Source of the DNA: an uncultured virus (IMG/VR IMGVR_UViG_3300013232_000154)
Lineage: Duplodnaviria > Heunggongvirae > Uroviricota > Caudoviricetes
Virus record (IMG/VR): IMGVR_UViG_3300013232_000154
Strand: one strand, 5' to 3'
DNA: 64,000 nt
Numbering within the stretch: the first letter of the stretch is position 1; every line of letters starts with the position of its first letter. This document shows positions 10,129 through 17,954 of the stretch, one piece after another. A model generated the notes under the pieces. It had not been told where the DNA came from and made no database searches. It was given only the letters and a program-made list of their open reading frames with translations. The position numbers and the translations under genes are program-made.

Positions 10129-10177
10129 TCGCGTAAGGACGAATGGTTCGTCCTGCTTTAGGAGTCTAGAGTCTACA

Positions 10178-10294
10178 ATGCGTACCATGGCCGCCCACTT
10201 AGCGATGCATGCTTCCCTCTCCGCAGGGACAAGGGCCGCCGCGTTGTCGCATTTTGGTTGCCTGAGTCTCGATACCGGAGATTCAGGCCCCTAG
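10178..10294 (+). CDS. attenuator leader peptide of tRNA array 1 (38 aa)
   Basis: MRTMAAHLAMHASLSAGTRAAALSHFGCLSLDTGDSGP*; stop lies in antiterminator strand. Confidence 0.75.
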   Translation: MRTMAAHLAMHASLSAGTRAAALSHFGCLSLDTGDSGP

Positions 10295-10357
10295 ATCCCA
10301 AGGAAAAATCCGAACGGGGTCTAGGGGCGAACTGAAGAGGTTCGCCCCTTTTCTTTT
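10287..10357 (+). terminator. terminator/antiterminator switch
   Basis: Terminator AGGGGCGAAC/GTTCGCCCCT+TTTCTTTT (10323-10357); competing 13-bp helix 10287-10299/10316-10328. Confidence 0.8.
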
Positions 10358-10388
10358 GCCGTAAAAGAAGTTGTGAGATTGGAAGGAT

Positions 10389-10464
10389 CCAGGGTTGGTG
10401 TAGGTGGTACGCACGTAGGCCTGAAGAGCCTGAGGGTCCCGTCCGACTCGGGAACCCTGGACCA
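10389..10464 (+). tRNA. tRNA-Phe(GAA)
   Basis: Acceptor CCAGGGT/ACCCTGG-A-CCA; loop CT GAA GA. Confidence 0.75.
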
Positions 10465-10474
10465 TAAGGAAGAG

Positions 10475-10651
10475 ATGAAGCAGAAGGTGTTGGACGCGAT
10501 CAGGTTGAGAAAGGGCTTGGCAACCAGAATGTTCGATCTGAGACGCAGGAACAGAAAGGCATACGAGGAAGCCCTCCGCGTACTGCCACAAGAGCTGAGC
10601 GTAGACGTTCGCGATCACGTTGAGACGGCAGTCGTGTTGAGAGGCAAATGA
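10475..10651 (+). CDS. small hypothetical protein
   Basis: AAGGAAGAG SD. Confidence 0.5.
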   Translation: MKQKVLDAIRLRKGLATRMFDLRRRNRKAYEEALRVLPQELSVDVRDHVETAVVLRGK

Positions 10652-10697
10652 CGGGCTAATACGGTTCGTTCTTGGTTCCGAGATTGGCCTTGACGTA

Positions 10698-10716
10698 GAT
10701 CTTTGACAACGGAATA
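10698..10716 (+). promoter_or_regulatory. rrn-type boxA-like element
   Basis: GATCTTTGACAACGGAATA. Confidence 0.5.
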
Positions 10717-10792
10717 GCGCATGAAGTAACTTAGTCAACAAACGGCCTGGCGGGCGCTTAGCCCGCCAGGCCGAGACGTGAACGAGTTTCAT

Positions 10793-10867
10793 AGCGGCGA
10801 CGACAGCAGCGTCGACCTAGCTCTCATAAGGCTGGGGTGTAGAGTGCGAATCTCTCCGCCGCTACCA
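10793..10867 (+). tRNA. tRNA-Met/Ile2(CAT)
   Basis: AGCGGCG/CGCCGCT-A-CCA; CT CAT AA. Confidence 0.7.
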
Positions 10868-10892
10868 GATCCGTCTCAAAAACGGGTCACCA
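10868..10892 (+). ncRNA. microhelix with ACCA end
   Basis: GATCCGT-CTCAAAA-ACGGGTC-ACCA. Confidence 0.4.
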
Positions 10893-11017
10893 TGGCTGAA
10901 TGCCGTTGAGACTACATGGTGAAGCGATGGGGCCTAAAAAACCCCGTCTCGAGTTGGGTTCAAACCCCGACAATCTTGCCCTCGGGCAGGAGAAGTCTCA
11001 GCAACTTTTGTCAGCCA
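10893..11017 (+). ncRNA. Y RNA (YrlA)-like RNA 1
   Basis: GGCTGAATGC...TTGTCAGCC terminal stem with tRNA-like arms inside. Confidence 0.65.
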
Positions 11018-11099
11018 AAATTCAGGGGAAGATTCCAGTGAGAGACTGGACGGCGCTCGCAAGCGTCAGTGGTTCAAGGCAACCAGAACGTCCCCAGAT

Positions 11100-11175
11100 G
11101 CGGGTGTGGTGTAGCGGCTCTGCACGCGACTTTGCCAAAGTCGAGGTGCCGGATCGACCCCGGCCACCCGCTCCA
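11100..11175 (+). tRNA. tRNA-Gly(GCC)
   Basis: cloverleaf, TCCA end. Confidence 0.85.
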
Positions 11176-11186
11176 AGTTCCTAGGT

Positions 11187-11263
11187 GGTGTCTATGGTGT
11201 AGCGGCTCTGCACGCTTGACTGTGGATCAAGAGGTACGGGTTCAACTCCCGTTAGACACCCCA
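11187..11263 (+). tRNA. tRNA-His(GTG)
   Basis: G-1, C73, CCA. Confidence 0.9.
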
Positions 11264-11306
11264 AATTGCAGTTGCATGGCAATGTTGTAGCTGCATGTCA
11301 ATTTGT

Positions 11307-11381
11307 GGGCCGCTGGTATAATGGGATTACGCTTCCCTCGCACGGAAGAAATTCGGGTTCAATTCCCGAGCGCGTCCACCA
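11307..11381 (+). tRNA. tRNA-Ala(CGC)
   Basis: G3:U70; bulged acceptor. Confidence 0.75.
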
Positions 11382-11383
11382 AT

Positions 11384-11457
11384 GGGGGTATGATCTAACG
11401 GGATGATGTAGCCTTTGCAAGGCTAACGTCCGAGTTCGACTCTCGGTACCTCCACCA
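11384..11457 (+). tRNA. tRNA-Ala(TGC)
   Basis: G3:U70, ACCA. Confidence 0.9.
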
Positions 11458-11484
11458 TTTGTCATGAAGCAAAGGAACTTACTG

Positions 11485-11760
11485 ATGCCAAAAGTCGAAG
11501 AACATCCATTCAAAGATGGGGTTCAATATTGGTTTTGGTGTCCAGGCTGCAAAGGCAGTCACGCCTTCACCGTTCCTCCATGGACTTTCAATGGAGACAT
11601 TGAGAAACCAACCTTCACTCCATCGTTACTCTGTAATCAGTCTCATCCGCCATCAAGATGTCATTCGATAGTTACGGATGGAATGATTCATTTCTGTGGA
11701 GACTGTCATCACGAACTGGCTGGTAAGGTCGTACCGATGGAAGAAGCAAGACTTTGGTAG
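11485..11760 (+). CDS. DUF6527-like Zn-binding protein
   Basis: CPGC..H..WTFNGD..KPTFTPS..CHS..DCHH. Confidence 0.75.
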   Translation: MPKVEEHPFKDGVQYWFWCPGCKGSHAFTVPPWTFNGDIEKPTFTPSLLCNQSHPPSRCHSIVTDGMIHFCGDCHHELAGKVVPMEEARLW

Positions 11761-11765
11761 TAATG

Positions 11766-11899
11766 ATCCCGAATGCGCAAGCGAGTACATCGAAGACCGC
11801 CTCAGTGTGGGTTCGAATCCCACTCATGCCCGACGAGGGCATGATAGTCCAACTGGCAGAGACAGCGGGCAAAAGCCTCTCTTGCAATTTTGTCGGGAT
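11766..11899 (+). ncRNA. Y RNA (YrlA)-like RNA 2, canonical topology
   Basis: ATCCCGAATGC...TTGTCGGGAT; T arm, loop-closed acceptor, D arm; anticodon stem continues into long stem. Confidence 0.8.
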
Positions 11900-11904
11900 G
11901 ACTT

Positions 11905-11978
11905 GGGGCCATCGTCCAATAGGAGGACGCCAGGACGGCATCCTGGAAATTCGGGTGCAACTCCCGATGGTTCCACCA
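11905..11978 (+). tRNA. tRNA-Ala(GGC)
   Basis: G3:U70; loop AC GGC AT. Confidence 0.8.
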
Positions 11979-11980
11979 AT

Positions 11981-12067
11981 GAGCAGATCTTCTAAAAAAA
12001 ACGGGGATCCCCGAGGATACCGCCTTGAGTGGCGGAGATGAAGGCGAAAATCCTTCTCTGCTCTCCA
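11981..12067 (+). ncRNA. atypical tRNA-like RNA
   Basis: GAGCAGA/TCTGCTC-T-CCA; expanded D arm; 6-nt loop TTGAGT. Confidence 0.5.
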
Positions 12068-12070
12068 TTT

Positions 12071-12140
12071 GGGGCGATAGCCGGACAACCCGGCAGAGAT
12101 ACTTGGCCTTCAGCGGGTTCGAATCCCGTTCGCTCCACCA
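12071..12140 (+). ncRNA. Ala-acceptor tRNA-like RNA without a proper anticodon arm
   Basis: GGGGCGA/TCGCTCC-ACCA with G3:U70, canonical T arm. Confidence 0.55.
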
Positions 12141-12216
12141 TGGGAGATCGTCTAACGCCAGGACTCCGCGCAAACATGAGCGGATAACGGGGGTTAAACT
12201 CCCTCTCTCCCTACCA
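12141..12216 (+). ncRNA. tRNA-like RNA with aberrant anticodon loop
   Basis: D and T arms, ACCA; CCGC-GCAAACATGA-GCGG. Confidence 0.5.
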
Positions 12217-12235
12217 TATTCGCGTATGATCAATC

Positions 12236-12517
12236 ATGAACAAGAAAGAGATCATTGACGCAGTTCGTGCTTGTACTGAATGGACCATCGAAGATTTGGT
12301 CTCGTTAGAACAAATCGCTAAAGACCTACGCAGAGGAACAGTACGAGCAAGACGAGACTTGATTCCCGTCGGCCCTCGCAACGTCCATACCGAGCATTGT
12401 TGTCTGACTCATGGATGCAAGTATAGCGATCCGAAATGTCCCGTGGCGACTGGAAACAATAGACAGTCTTACGACTGCGAAGAATGCGGCTTGGAAGACG
12501 AAGGTTACTTTGATTGA
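12236..12517 (+). CDS. hypothetical Cys/His-rich protein
   Basis: HTEHCCLTHGCKY motif. Confidence 0.65.
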   Translation: MNKKEIIDAVRACTEWTIEDLVSLEQIAKDLRRGTVRARRDLIPVGPRNVHTEHCCLTHGCKYSDPKCPVATGNNRQSYDCEECGLEDEGYFD

Positions 12518-12521
12518 TTAT

Positions 12522-12716
12522 GGGGGATTGGTGTAATGGCGCACGCCGACTTGAAACGTCGGAGGAACGGGTTCGATTCCCGTACATTAGTCTCTGGCTA
12601 ATTTTGCCTGTCCTGGTTTCTGAAACCGCATGGGGCGTTTCACCTCATGTGAATGGAATCGGGTTCGCGGATGGCCAGCGTTAACAGGATACGGACAGGG
12701 ACTACATCCTCCACCA
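12522..12716 (+). ncRNA. tRNA(GAA)-like RNA interrupted by a 122-nt structured insert
   Basis: 5' acceptor, D, anticodon and T arms at 12522-12583; 3' acceptor ATCCTCC-A-CCA at 12706-12716. Confidence 0.65.
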
Positions 12717-12786
12717 TCTTCAAATGCCCCCTCTGGCGCTACGATCCGCCTTGATCAGCGGGGAGCGCTTTTGGGGGCTCCAGATT

Positions 12787-12861
12787 GGACCCGTAGTTTA
12801 ATAGTAGAACACTTGCCTGTCGAGCAAGAGGCGCGGGGAGCGTTACCCCTCGGGTCCGCCA
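12787..12861 (+). tRNA. tRNA-Asp(GTC)
   Basis: cloverleaf, GCCA. Confidence 0.85.
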
Positions 12862-12868
12862 TGTTCAT

Positions 12869-12954
12869 GTCACTGTGGCGTAATTGGCAGCCGCGCCAGC
12901 TTGAGGGGCTGGTGGGTAATTCCCGTGTGGGTTCGACTCCCACCAGTGACACCA
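12869..12954 (+). tRNA. tRNA-Leu(GAG)
   Basis: long variable arm, ACCA. Confidence 0.9.
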
Positions 12955-12962
12955 AACTTCAT

Positions 12963-13040
12963 GGGGTCGAGGCCGAAGAAGCCGAGGCGCTTCCCTGTCA
13001 CGGAAGAGTAAAGCGGGTGCGAGTCCCGTCGATCCCGCCA
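12963..13040 (+). tRNA. tRNA-Asp(GTC)
   Basis: cloverleaf, GCCA. Confidence 0.85.
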
Positions 13041-13098
13041 TACAAGTTATGAACTATTGCCATAGAAAATACGTTATTACGTCACAAAGGAGACTTAT

Positions 13099-14640
13099 AT
13101 GCCTACATCTATTGATGAACCAGTTCTTCAAGACATTGAGGTTGAGCAAGATGGCATTTTTGGATCTGTTTCAGACACGTTCGGTTCGTCTCCATGGTGG
13201 ATCGTCTCAGGAGCCTTTCATGGGTTGTTGTTGCTACTGGTCACGCTGATCAGCATGACTCTTATCAGACCAACCCAGAGCGACACTATAATGACCACCA
13301 ACTTAGAAAAATCAAAACCACCAGAATATGACGAGAAAAAGCCACGTGACGTATTCAAAAACGCGGTTCAAGTCACGGAAGACGGGCCAGTGGTTGAACA
13401 TCCAGTTGTTACCCATGATCTGGTTGAGGTATCCGATCATGTAGAGACAGCAGACGATATGGACATGGCAAAAGCCAAAGGCGACAACATGGACGCCATT
13501 TCCGACGTCCCGCTTGGCGGTGTTGGTTTTGTTGCGGCCATGGGTTTAGGCGGTGGCGGTGGAGGGGCTTTTGGTCAGCGTGGAGAAGGTGGAAAGCGAA
13601 GGCTAGTATCCAAGAATGGTGGGGGTCAAGTTACTGAAGATTCCGTATCCGCAGCATTGCGCTGGCTAGCTAGGCATCAAGAACAAGATGGACATTGGGA
13701 CACGATTAAATACGGATCCGATCAGAAAACAGATACCGCGTCTACTGGCTTTGCCCTCTTGGCATTCCTCGGCGCTGGACACACAGAGAAGGTTGGACAA
13801 TACAGGGACAATGTCAGGCGAGCTGTTGCATGGCTCAAGTCTAGGCAAAACGCGGATGGACTAGTGTTTGACCAGACCGATGCTGGAGCGCATCGTGGGG
13901 TTGGCTATCCGCACGCTATCGCTGGGATGGCTCTGGCTGAGGCCGCTGGAATGGGAAAGGTCGCCGACACCGTAAGCGCGGCCCAGAAAGCGATTTCCTA
14001 CAGCGTAGACAAGCATCAGAATGGAGACGGCTACGACAAGCGTGGCTTTAGGTATCAGCCAAAGCAACAAGGGGATTTATCTGTAACTGGTTGGTTCGTG
14101 ATGCAACTGAAATCAGCCAAAGTAGCTGGACTCAACGTTGATCATCAGAACTTTGAGGGCGTACTAAAGTTCCTTGACTCTGTGGAGCGCAAAGGACGCG
14201 GTGGAGACAAGGGGTACGGCCCAGCGTCTACTTATGCATACACTGCTGACAACGACCACGAACAGACTGCCCATAGACTAACGGCGATTGGCAACCTATG
14301 CCGACAGTTCTTGGGATGGAAAAAGGATGATTTGCAGGCAAGCGTTTCCTGGTTTGTTGAAAAGGGTGGAGTTCCGAATGGATGGGGAGAAGGACAGACG
14401 GATCTGTACTACTGGTACTACGGTACCCTTTGTACGTTCCAGCAGGGTGGCGATATTTGGAAACAATGGAACGAAGCCATGAAGAAGACTCTCTGTGGAA
14501 ACCAGCGCCAAGGAGGAGACGAAGACGGGTCATGGGACCCAGTCGGCGACTACTCCAAAGAATGGGGACGTGTTGGGCAAACCGCAATGTGTGCTCTATG
14601 CCTAGAAGTATACTACCGTTATTTGCCGATGTACAAATAA
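13099..14640 (+). CDS. membrane-anchored prenyltransferase/squalene-cyclase-repeat protein (Planctomycete type)
   Basis: TM with SxxxH, Gly-rich linker, ALRWLARHQxxDGxW, DLSVTGW, YYWYYGT, LEVYYRY. Confidence 0.8.
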   Translation: MPTSIDEPVLQDIEVEQDGIFGSVSDTFGSSPWWIVSGAFHGLLLLLVTLISMTLIRPTQSDTIMTTNLEKSKPPEYDEKKPRDVFKNAVQVTEDGPVVEHPVVTHDLVEVSDHVETADDMDMAKAKGDNMDAISDVPLGGVGFVAAMGLGGGGGGAFGQRGEGGKRRLVSKNGGGQVTEDSVSAALRWLARHQEQDGHWDTIKYGSDQKTDTASTGFALLAFLGAGHTEKVGQYRDNVRRAVAWLKSRQNADGLVFDQTDAGAHRGVGYPHAIAGMALAEAAGMGKVADTVSAAQKAISYSVDKHQNGDGYDKRGFRYQPKQQGDLSVTGWFVMQLKSAKVAGLNVDHQNFEGVLKFLDSVERKGRGGDKGYGPASTYAYTADNDHEQTAHRLTAIGNLCRQFLGWKKDDLQASVSWFVEKGGVPNGWGEGQTDLYYWYYGTLCTFQQGGDIWKQWNEAMKKTLCGNQRQGGDEDGSWDPVGDYSKEWGRVGQTAMCALCLEVYYRYLPMYK

Positions 14641-14645
14641 GTTAC

Positions 14646-14733
14646 GGTAGGTTGGCAGAGTGGTCTATCGCATCCGCCTTGAAAGCGGAAGGGCTGAAAG
14701 GCCCCGTGGGTTCGAATCCTACACCTACCGCCA
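14646..14733 (+). tRNA. tRNA-Ser(TGA)
   Basis: long variable arm, GCCA. Confidence 0.9.
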
Positions 14734-14774
14734 TCCTTGAAGGATGGAATGTCCCAAAGGTCGTAACTACGAGC

Positions 14775-15353
14775 ATGAAGATCAATCAGTGGCTATTATC
14801 CAACTGCCGCTTCGCCCAGACCAAGCCTTGGCAAATGACCTTGGATGAGTGGAAGAAACTCAACAACGTCCAGAAGGAATCGTACCAAGAGGCATTCAAT
14901 GCCACGTCCCCAATAGGTACCTTCCCGCATGATAGGGAAAAGGTCGTGTGGCGCGACGAGGGCGCGTACTCCTTCACTTCTCCTAACGGCAAAAAGTACG
15001 TTTGGGACATCGTCAAGACCGAGTTCACTCCTAAACATTGGGGCTCTCCAAACGTCACGCGTTACCTAGCCACCGCTCCTGGTTCTGACGTCCCTTTGGC
15101 TGGATTGGTCATCAACAACAGGATCAATCAAGCGGTTGCAGCGCATGCCTTGGAAAACAAAGTCGGGCTAATGCAAGAACTGCTTAGAAGGGCCAAGAAG
15201 GACTTCGGATCCATCTCTGGGGCTAGTCCGATGTCGAGTCAAGGGGCCAAGATGTTGCATCGCTTCGAGATAATGGAAGCATTGAAGGCTGGGGAGCAAG
15301 TCTCACCAGAGGTTTTGAAAGATTACCCAGATCTACAAGGTATGATTCGTTAG
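14775..15353 (+). CDS. hypothetical protein with N-terminal W-x4-CRFA motif
   Basis: INQWLLSNCRFA; PWQMT; C-terminal VLKDYPDL. Confidence 0.65.
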   Translation: MKINQWLLSNCRFAQTKPWQMTLDEWKKLNNVQKESYQEAFNATSPIGTFPHDREKVVWRDEGAYSFTSPNGKKYVWDIVKTEFTPKHWGSPNVTRYLATAPGSDVPLAGLVINNRINQAVAAHALENKVGLMQELLRRAKKDFGSISGASPMSSQGAKMLHRFEIMEALKAGEQVSPEVLKDYPDLQGMIR

Positions 15354-15381
15354 CTCGTCTACCACGTGTAGAAGGAGCAAC

Positions 15382-15411
15382 GGCCCCGCCCGAAGGCCTT
15401 CGGGCGGGGCC
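15382..15411. repeat. perfect 30-bp GC-rich palindrome
   Basis: GGCCCCGCCCGAAGG/CCTTCGGGCGGGGCC. Confidence 0.85.
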
Positions 15412-15495
15412 AGCCTAACTCATCGGCCAGCGAGAGCGTAAGCGCCGAAGGAGATGGGTCTGGCCTCTGGTCAGACCTTTATCAAGGAGCAGACC

Positions 15496-15783
15496 ATGAC
15501 GCTCGGAGAGATCTCTGAACCCCTTGGCAAACGCGGATTCGTGACTCGTGAGAAGTGGTGTCGTGAGTACGACAACCCAGAGGTTGTAGGAACGACGAAA
15601 TGCGTCTTGCATTTTGGGATGGACAACGTGGCCTGGCTTTGCTTACGCGAGAACGACTTGATCCAGCGCCAAAGCAACTATGGACGCCATGCCTCGATGA
15701 CATCCGGGCCATGGACTGGATCAAGCTTCCGTTCTTCTGGAATGGGTCACAAGATGACTTCCTTCCGTTTGAACGATAGTTGA
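15496..15783 (+). CDS. hypothetical protein
   Basis: AAGGAG SD. Confidence 0.5.
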   Translation: MTLGEISEPLGKRGFVTREKWCREYDNPEVVGTTKCVLHFGMDNVAWLCLRENDLIQRQSNYGRHASMTSGPWTGSSFRSSGMGHKMTSFRLNDS

Positions 15784-15829
15784 GAATAGAGTTTTCTGGC
15801 TGTCGAGGACAGTCAGCATACGCATTTGA

Positions 15830-15916
15830 CGCGGGATAGACTAGAGGTCAAAGTCACAAGGCTCATAACCTTGGCTGCGCAAGCAGACGCAGGTTCGAAT
15901 CCTGCTCCCGCTACCA
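15830..15916 (+). tRNA. tRNA-Met(CAT), initiator-like 1:72 mismatch, long variable arm
   Basis: CGCGGGA/TCCCGCT-ACCA. Confidence 0.8.
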
Positions 15917-15931
15917 CTAGGAGAATGAAGC

Positions 15932-16330
15932 ATGAAAATCGCCTTCGAAACAGAATCAAGCTGGCCAACTCCTCCATTCGAAGTTATGCAATGGGCAAGT
16001 AGAGAGCTTGAACTAGGGTACAAGTTCATCCTCTACATTGATCCAGATCCCCGTGATGAGAAGAGTGAGAAGTGTTACATCCTTCAAAACGGACGCGAAT
16101 ATGTTCGCATCTTCCTCAAGAACATTGATGGAAACGTTCAAGTCGGTTGCAAGCAAATGCCAGAATACCCTCGGTACTGTTCCCGATGTGATGGTCTTCT
16201 TCAGAAAGAAAACCTCGTGGGGACGCTGGCAATATGCAAGACATGCTTGCGCCCAGACGATAGGCCTCCATTGGACAACCATTACTGGGGGTGGGATTTC
16301 TACTCTGGATACTCTGGAATGGCCCAGTAG
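15932..16330 (+). CDS. hypothetical protein
   Basis: AGGAG SD; CxxC pairs. Confidence 0.6.
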   Translation: MKIAFETESSWPTPPFEVMQWASRELELGYKFILYIDPDPRDEKSEKCYILQNGREYVRIFLKNIDGNVQVGCKQMPEYPRYCSRCDGLLQKENLVGTLAICKTCLRPDDRPPLDNHYWGWDFYSGYSGMAQ

Positions 16331-16397
16331 CCCAATTGGCAGCGGCATCTGACTTAAGATCAGAGAGTTGCGAGTTCGAATCTCGCCTGGGCTACCA
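16321..16397 (+). tRNA. tRNA-Leu(TAA), short variable arm
   Basis: cloverleaf, ACCA. Confidence 0.85.
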
Positions 16398-16577
16398 CTT
16401 CTCAAGATACTTGTTGATCAGATCGGCAAGAGCATCGTTCTCAATATAGAAAAGATCATCATTCCGCAGGTGTTTAACGACCTCCAAAATCTGCCCGACA
16501 CGGAAGTCTCTCTTGCCAGCCCTCTTGAGAGCCTTGAATAGCTTGTCTTGCTTGGTTCTGTCTGGTGTCTTCATCAT
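16392..16577 (-). CDS. small antisense-oriented protein between tRNAs
   Basis: GGAG SD; DDLFYIENDAL motif. Confidence 0.55.
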   Translation of the reverse strand: MMKTPDRTKQDKLFKALKRAGKRDFRVGQILEVVKHLRNDDLFYIENDALADLINKYLEKW

Positions 16578-16587
16578 TCGCTCCAAT

Positions 16588-16662
16588 GGCGCGGTAGCCC
16601 AATGCAGAGGCGCATGCTCGAGAAGCATGTTCGTGTGGGTTCAAATCCCACTCGCGCCACCA
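16588..16662 (+). tRNA. tRNA-Leu(GAG), C33, short variable arm
   Basis: cloverleaf, ACCA. Confidence 0.75.
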
Positions 16663-16757
16663 TCATAGCGCATAGGAATCGTGCTTGCAATACATTTTAG
16701 TCGTGGTAGTATCCTTGAGACATGGTGCGGGTTCCGTTACCAATCAAGGAGCTAAAG

Positions 16758-17954
16758 ATGAGCAGGTTCCCACTAGGCGAACGTAATCCACCTCGCGATA
16801 TCGGGTTGAAGAAGCTTGATTATTACGCTCCAGCAGAAGTGACCCGCCGAGACAGCATCCCGCTTGAAAACCTCGTACCAGCCAATACTGGCAAGTTCGA
16901 CTTCCAGCGCGATGGCTGGAGGATTCGCGACCAAATCATCCTCAAGACAAACGTCGGTAGGGAAACCGCGTTGAGTCGCTTCCTTACTTGTTTCCAAGAT
17001 CCAGGCAAGAAGTACGAGCCAAACGTCTATGCCATCTGCAAGGACGAATGGGAAAAGAAAAGACAGTCGCTCAAGATGACCAAGTTAAGCGTATCCGTCG
17101 AGTACAGAGAGGGAATGCGACCAGAAGGTGAGTCGCAAGTCCTGGCCTCGATAACGGCGACGTACTACGGTTCAGAGATCTATGGACACGAAGGCCGTTT
17201 GGTCATCAATGGTGGATGGGACAAGCTGGCCGAACATCTCGGGCCGATGGTCTTGAAGGAAGGCGCAAGCCTGGACCCAGCAGTAGCCAAGATCGAGCAA
17301 GATGCCCACGATTTCAACAAAGGAAAAGAGAAGGTATACGGCTGGGAAATGCATCCAGACACTTGGAAGAAGATCATGGATGCTTACGCCACGCTGCCTC
17401 ACTTGGCTGGTGGTCGAGTATTCTTGGACGACAGCGACCTCGTGTTGGTCAGATCCAATCCAACGCTTCTGCATAACAACAGAATGAAGGCGATCCAAGA
17501 GAAGCTTGAGACGAGCAATGCCAGCCCCTCGGCGTGGGACAGCGTGTATGAAGTCGAACAAGAAAACGGAAAGGTATTCATCACGTTTGATGGCGAGACG
17601 GCACACATCCTATCGGTAAGCCGAGAATTCACGAAGCCAGAACGCAAACCTCTTGACTTAAAGGTGAACCAGAAGCTTTTTGCCCTTGGTCTTCCACTGA
17701 CCTTGAACAAAAGGGTGAGCAAGGACACGATTAAGCCAGTCTACACAAAGCCATCTCAGAGACGCGAGAACAAGGATCTCATTGTGATGGGGAACATCGA
17801 AGACATAGACATTAAGGGCCTCAAGAAGAAGCTTGACGAACAGGCTCGTGTTCGGGCGGAGCGCGTGAAATACGAGGTTCAGTACATCCAAGGCGAGGGA
17901 CCAGAGGCCGAGGTACGGATCACTGGTCGGAACCCAGATAGGGATGAACGATGA
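16758..17954 (+). CDS. hypothetical protein
   Basis: long ORF, AAGGAG SD. Confidence 0.75.
   Translation: MSRFPLGERNPPRDIGLKKLDYYAPAEVTRRDSIPLENLVPANTGKFDFQRDGWRIRDQIILKTNVGRETALSRFLTCFQDPGKKYEPNVYAICKDEWEKKRQSLKMTKLSVSVEYREGMRPEGESQVLASITATYYGSEIYGHEGRLVINGGWDKLAEHLGPMVLKEGASLDPAVAKIEQDAHDFNKGKEKVYGWEMHPDTWKKIMDAYATLPHLAGGRVFLDDSDLVLVRSNPTLLHNNRMKAIQEKLETSNASPSAWDSVYEVEQENGKVFITFDGETAHILSVSREFTKPERKPLDLKVNQKLFALGLPLTLNKRVSKDTIKPVYTKPSQRRENKDLIVMGNIEDIDIKGLKKKLDEQARVRAERVKYEVQYIQGEGPEAEVRITGRNPDRDER

Noticed and set aside
10283..13052. ORF-track ORFs over the tRNA array (e.g. 10900-11184, 11696-11995, 12630-13052)
   Set aside because: They overlap structured RNA genes and lack SD sites or protein motifs
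14382..14774. N-terminal extension of ORF 14382-15353
   Set aside because: Overlaps the previous CDS and tRNA-Ser; the start at 14775 fits the promoter motif
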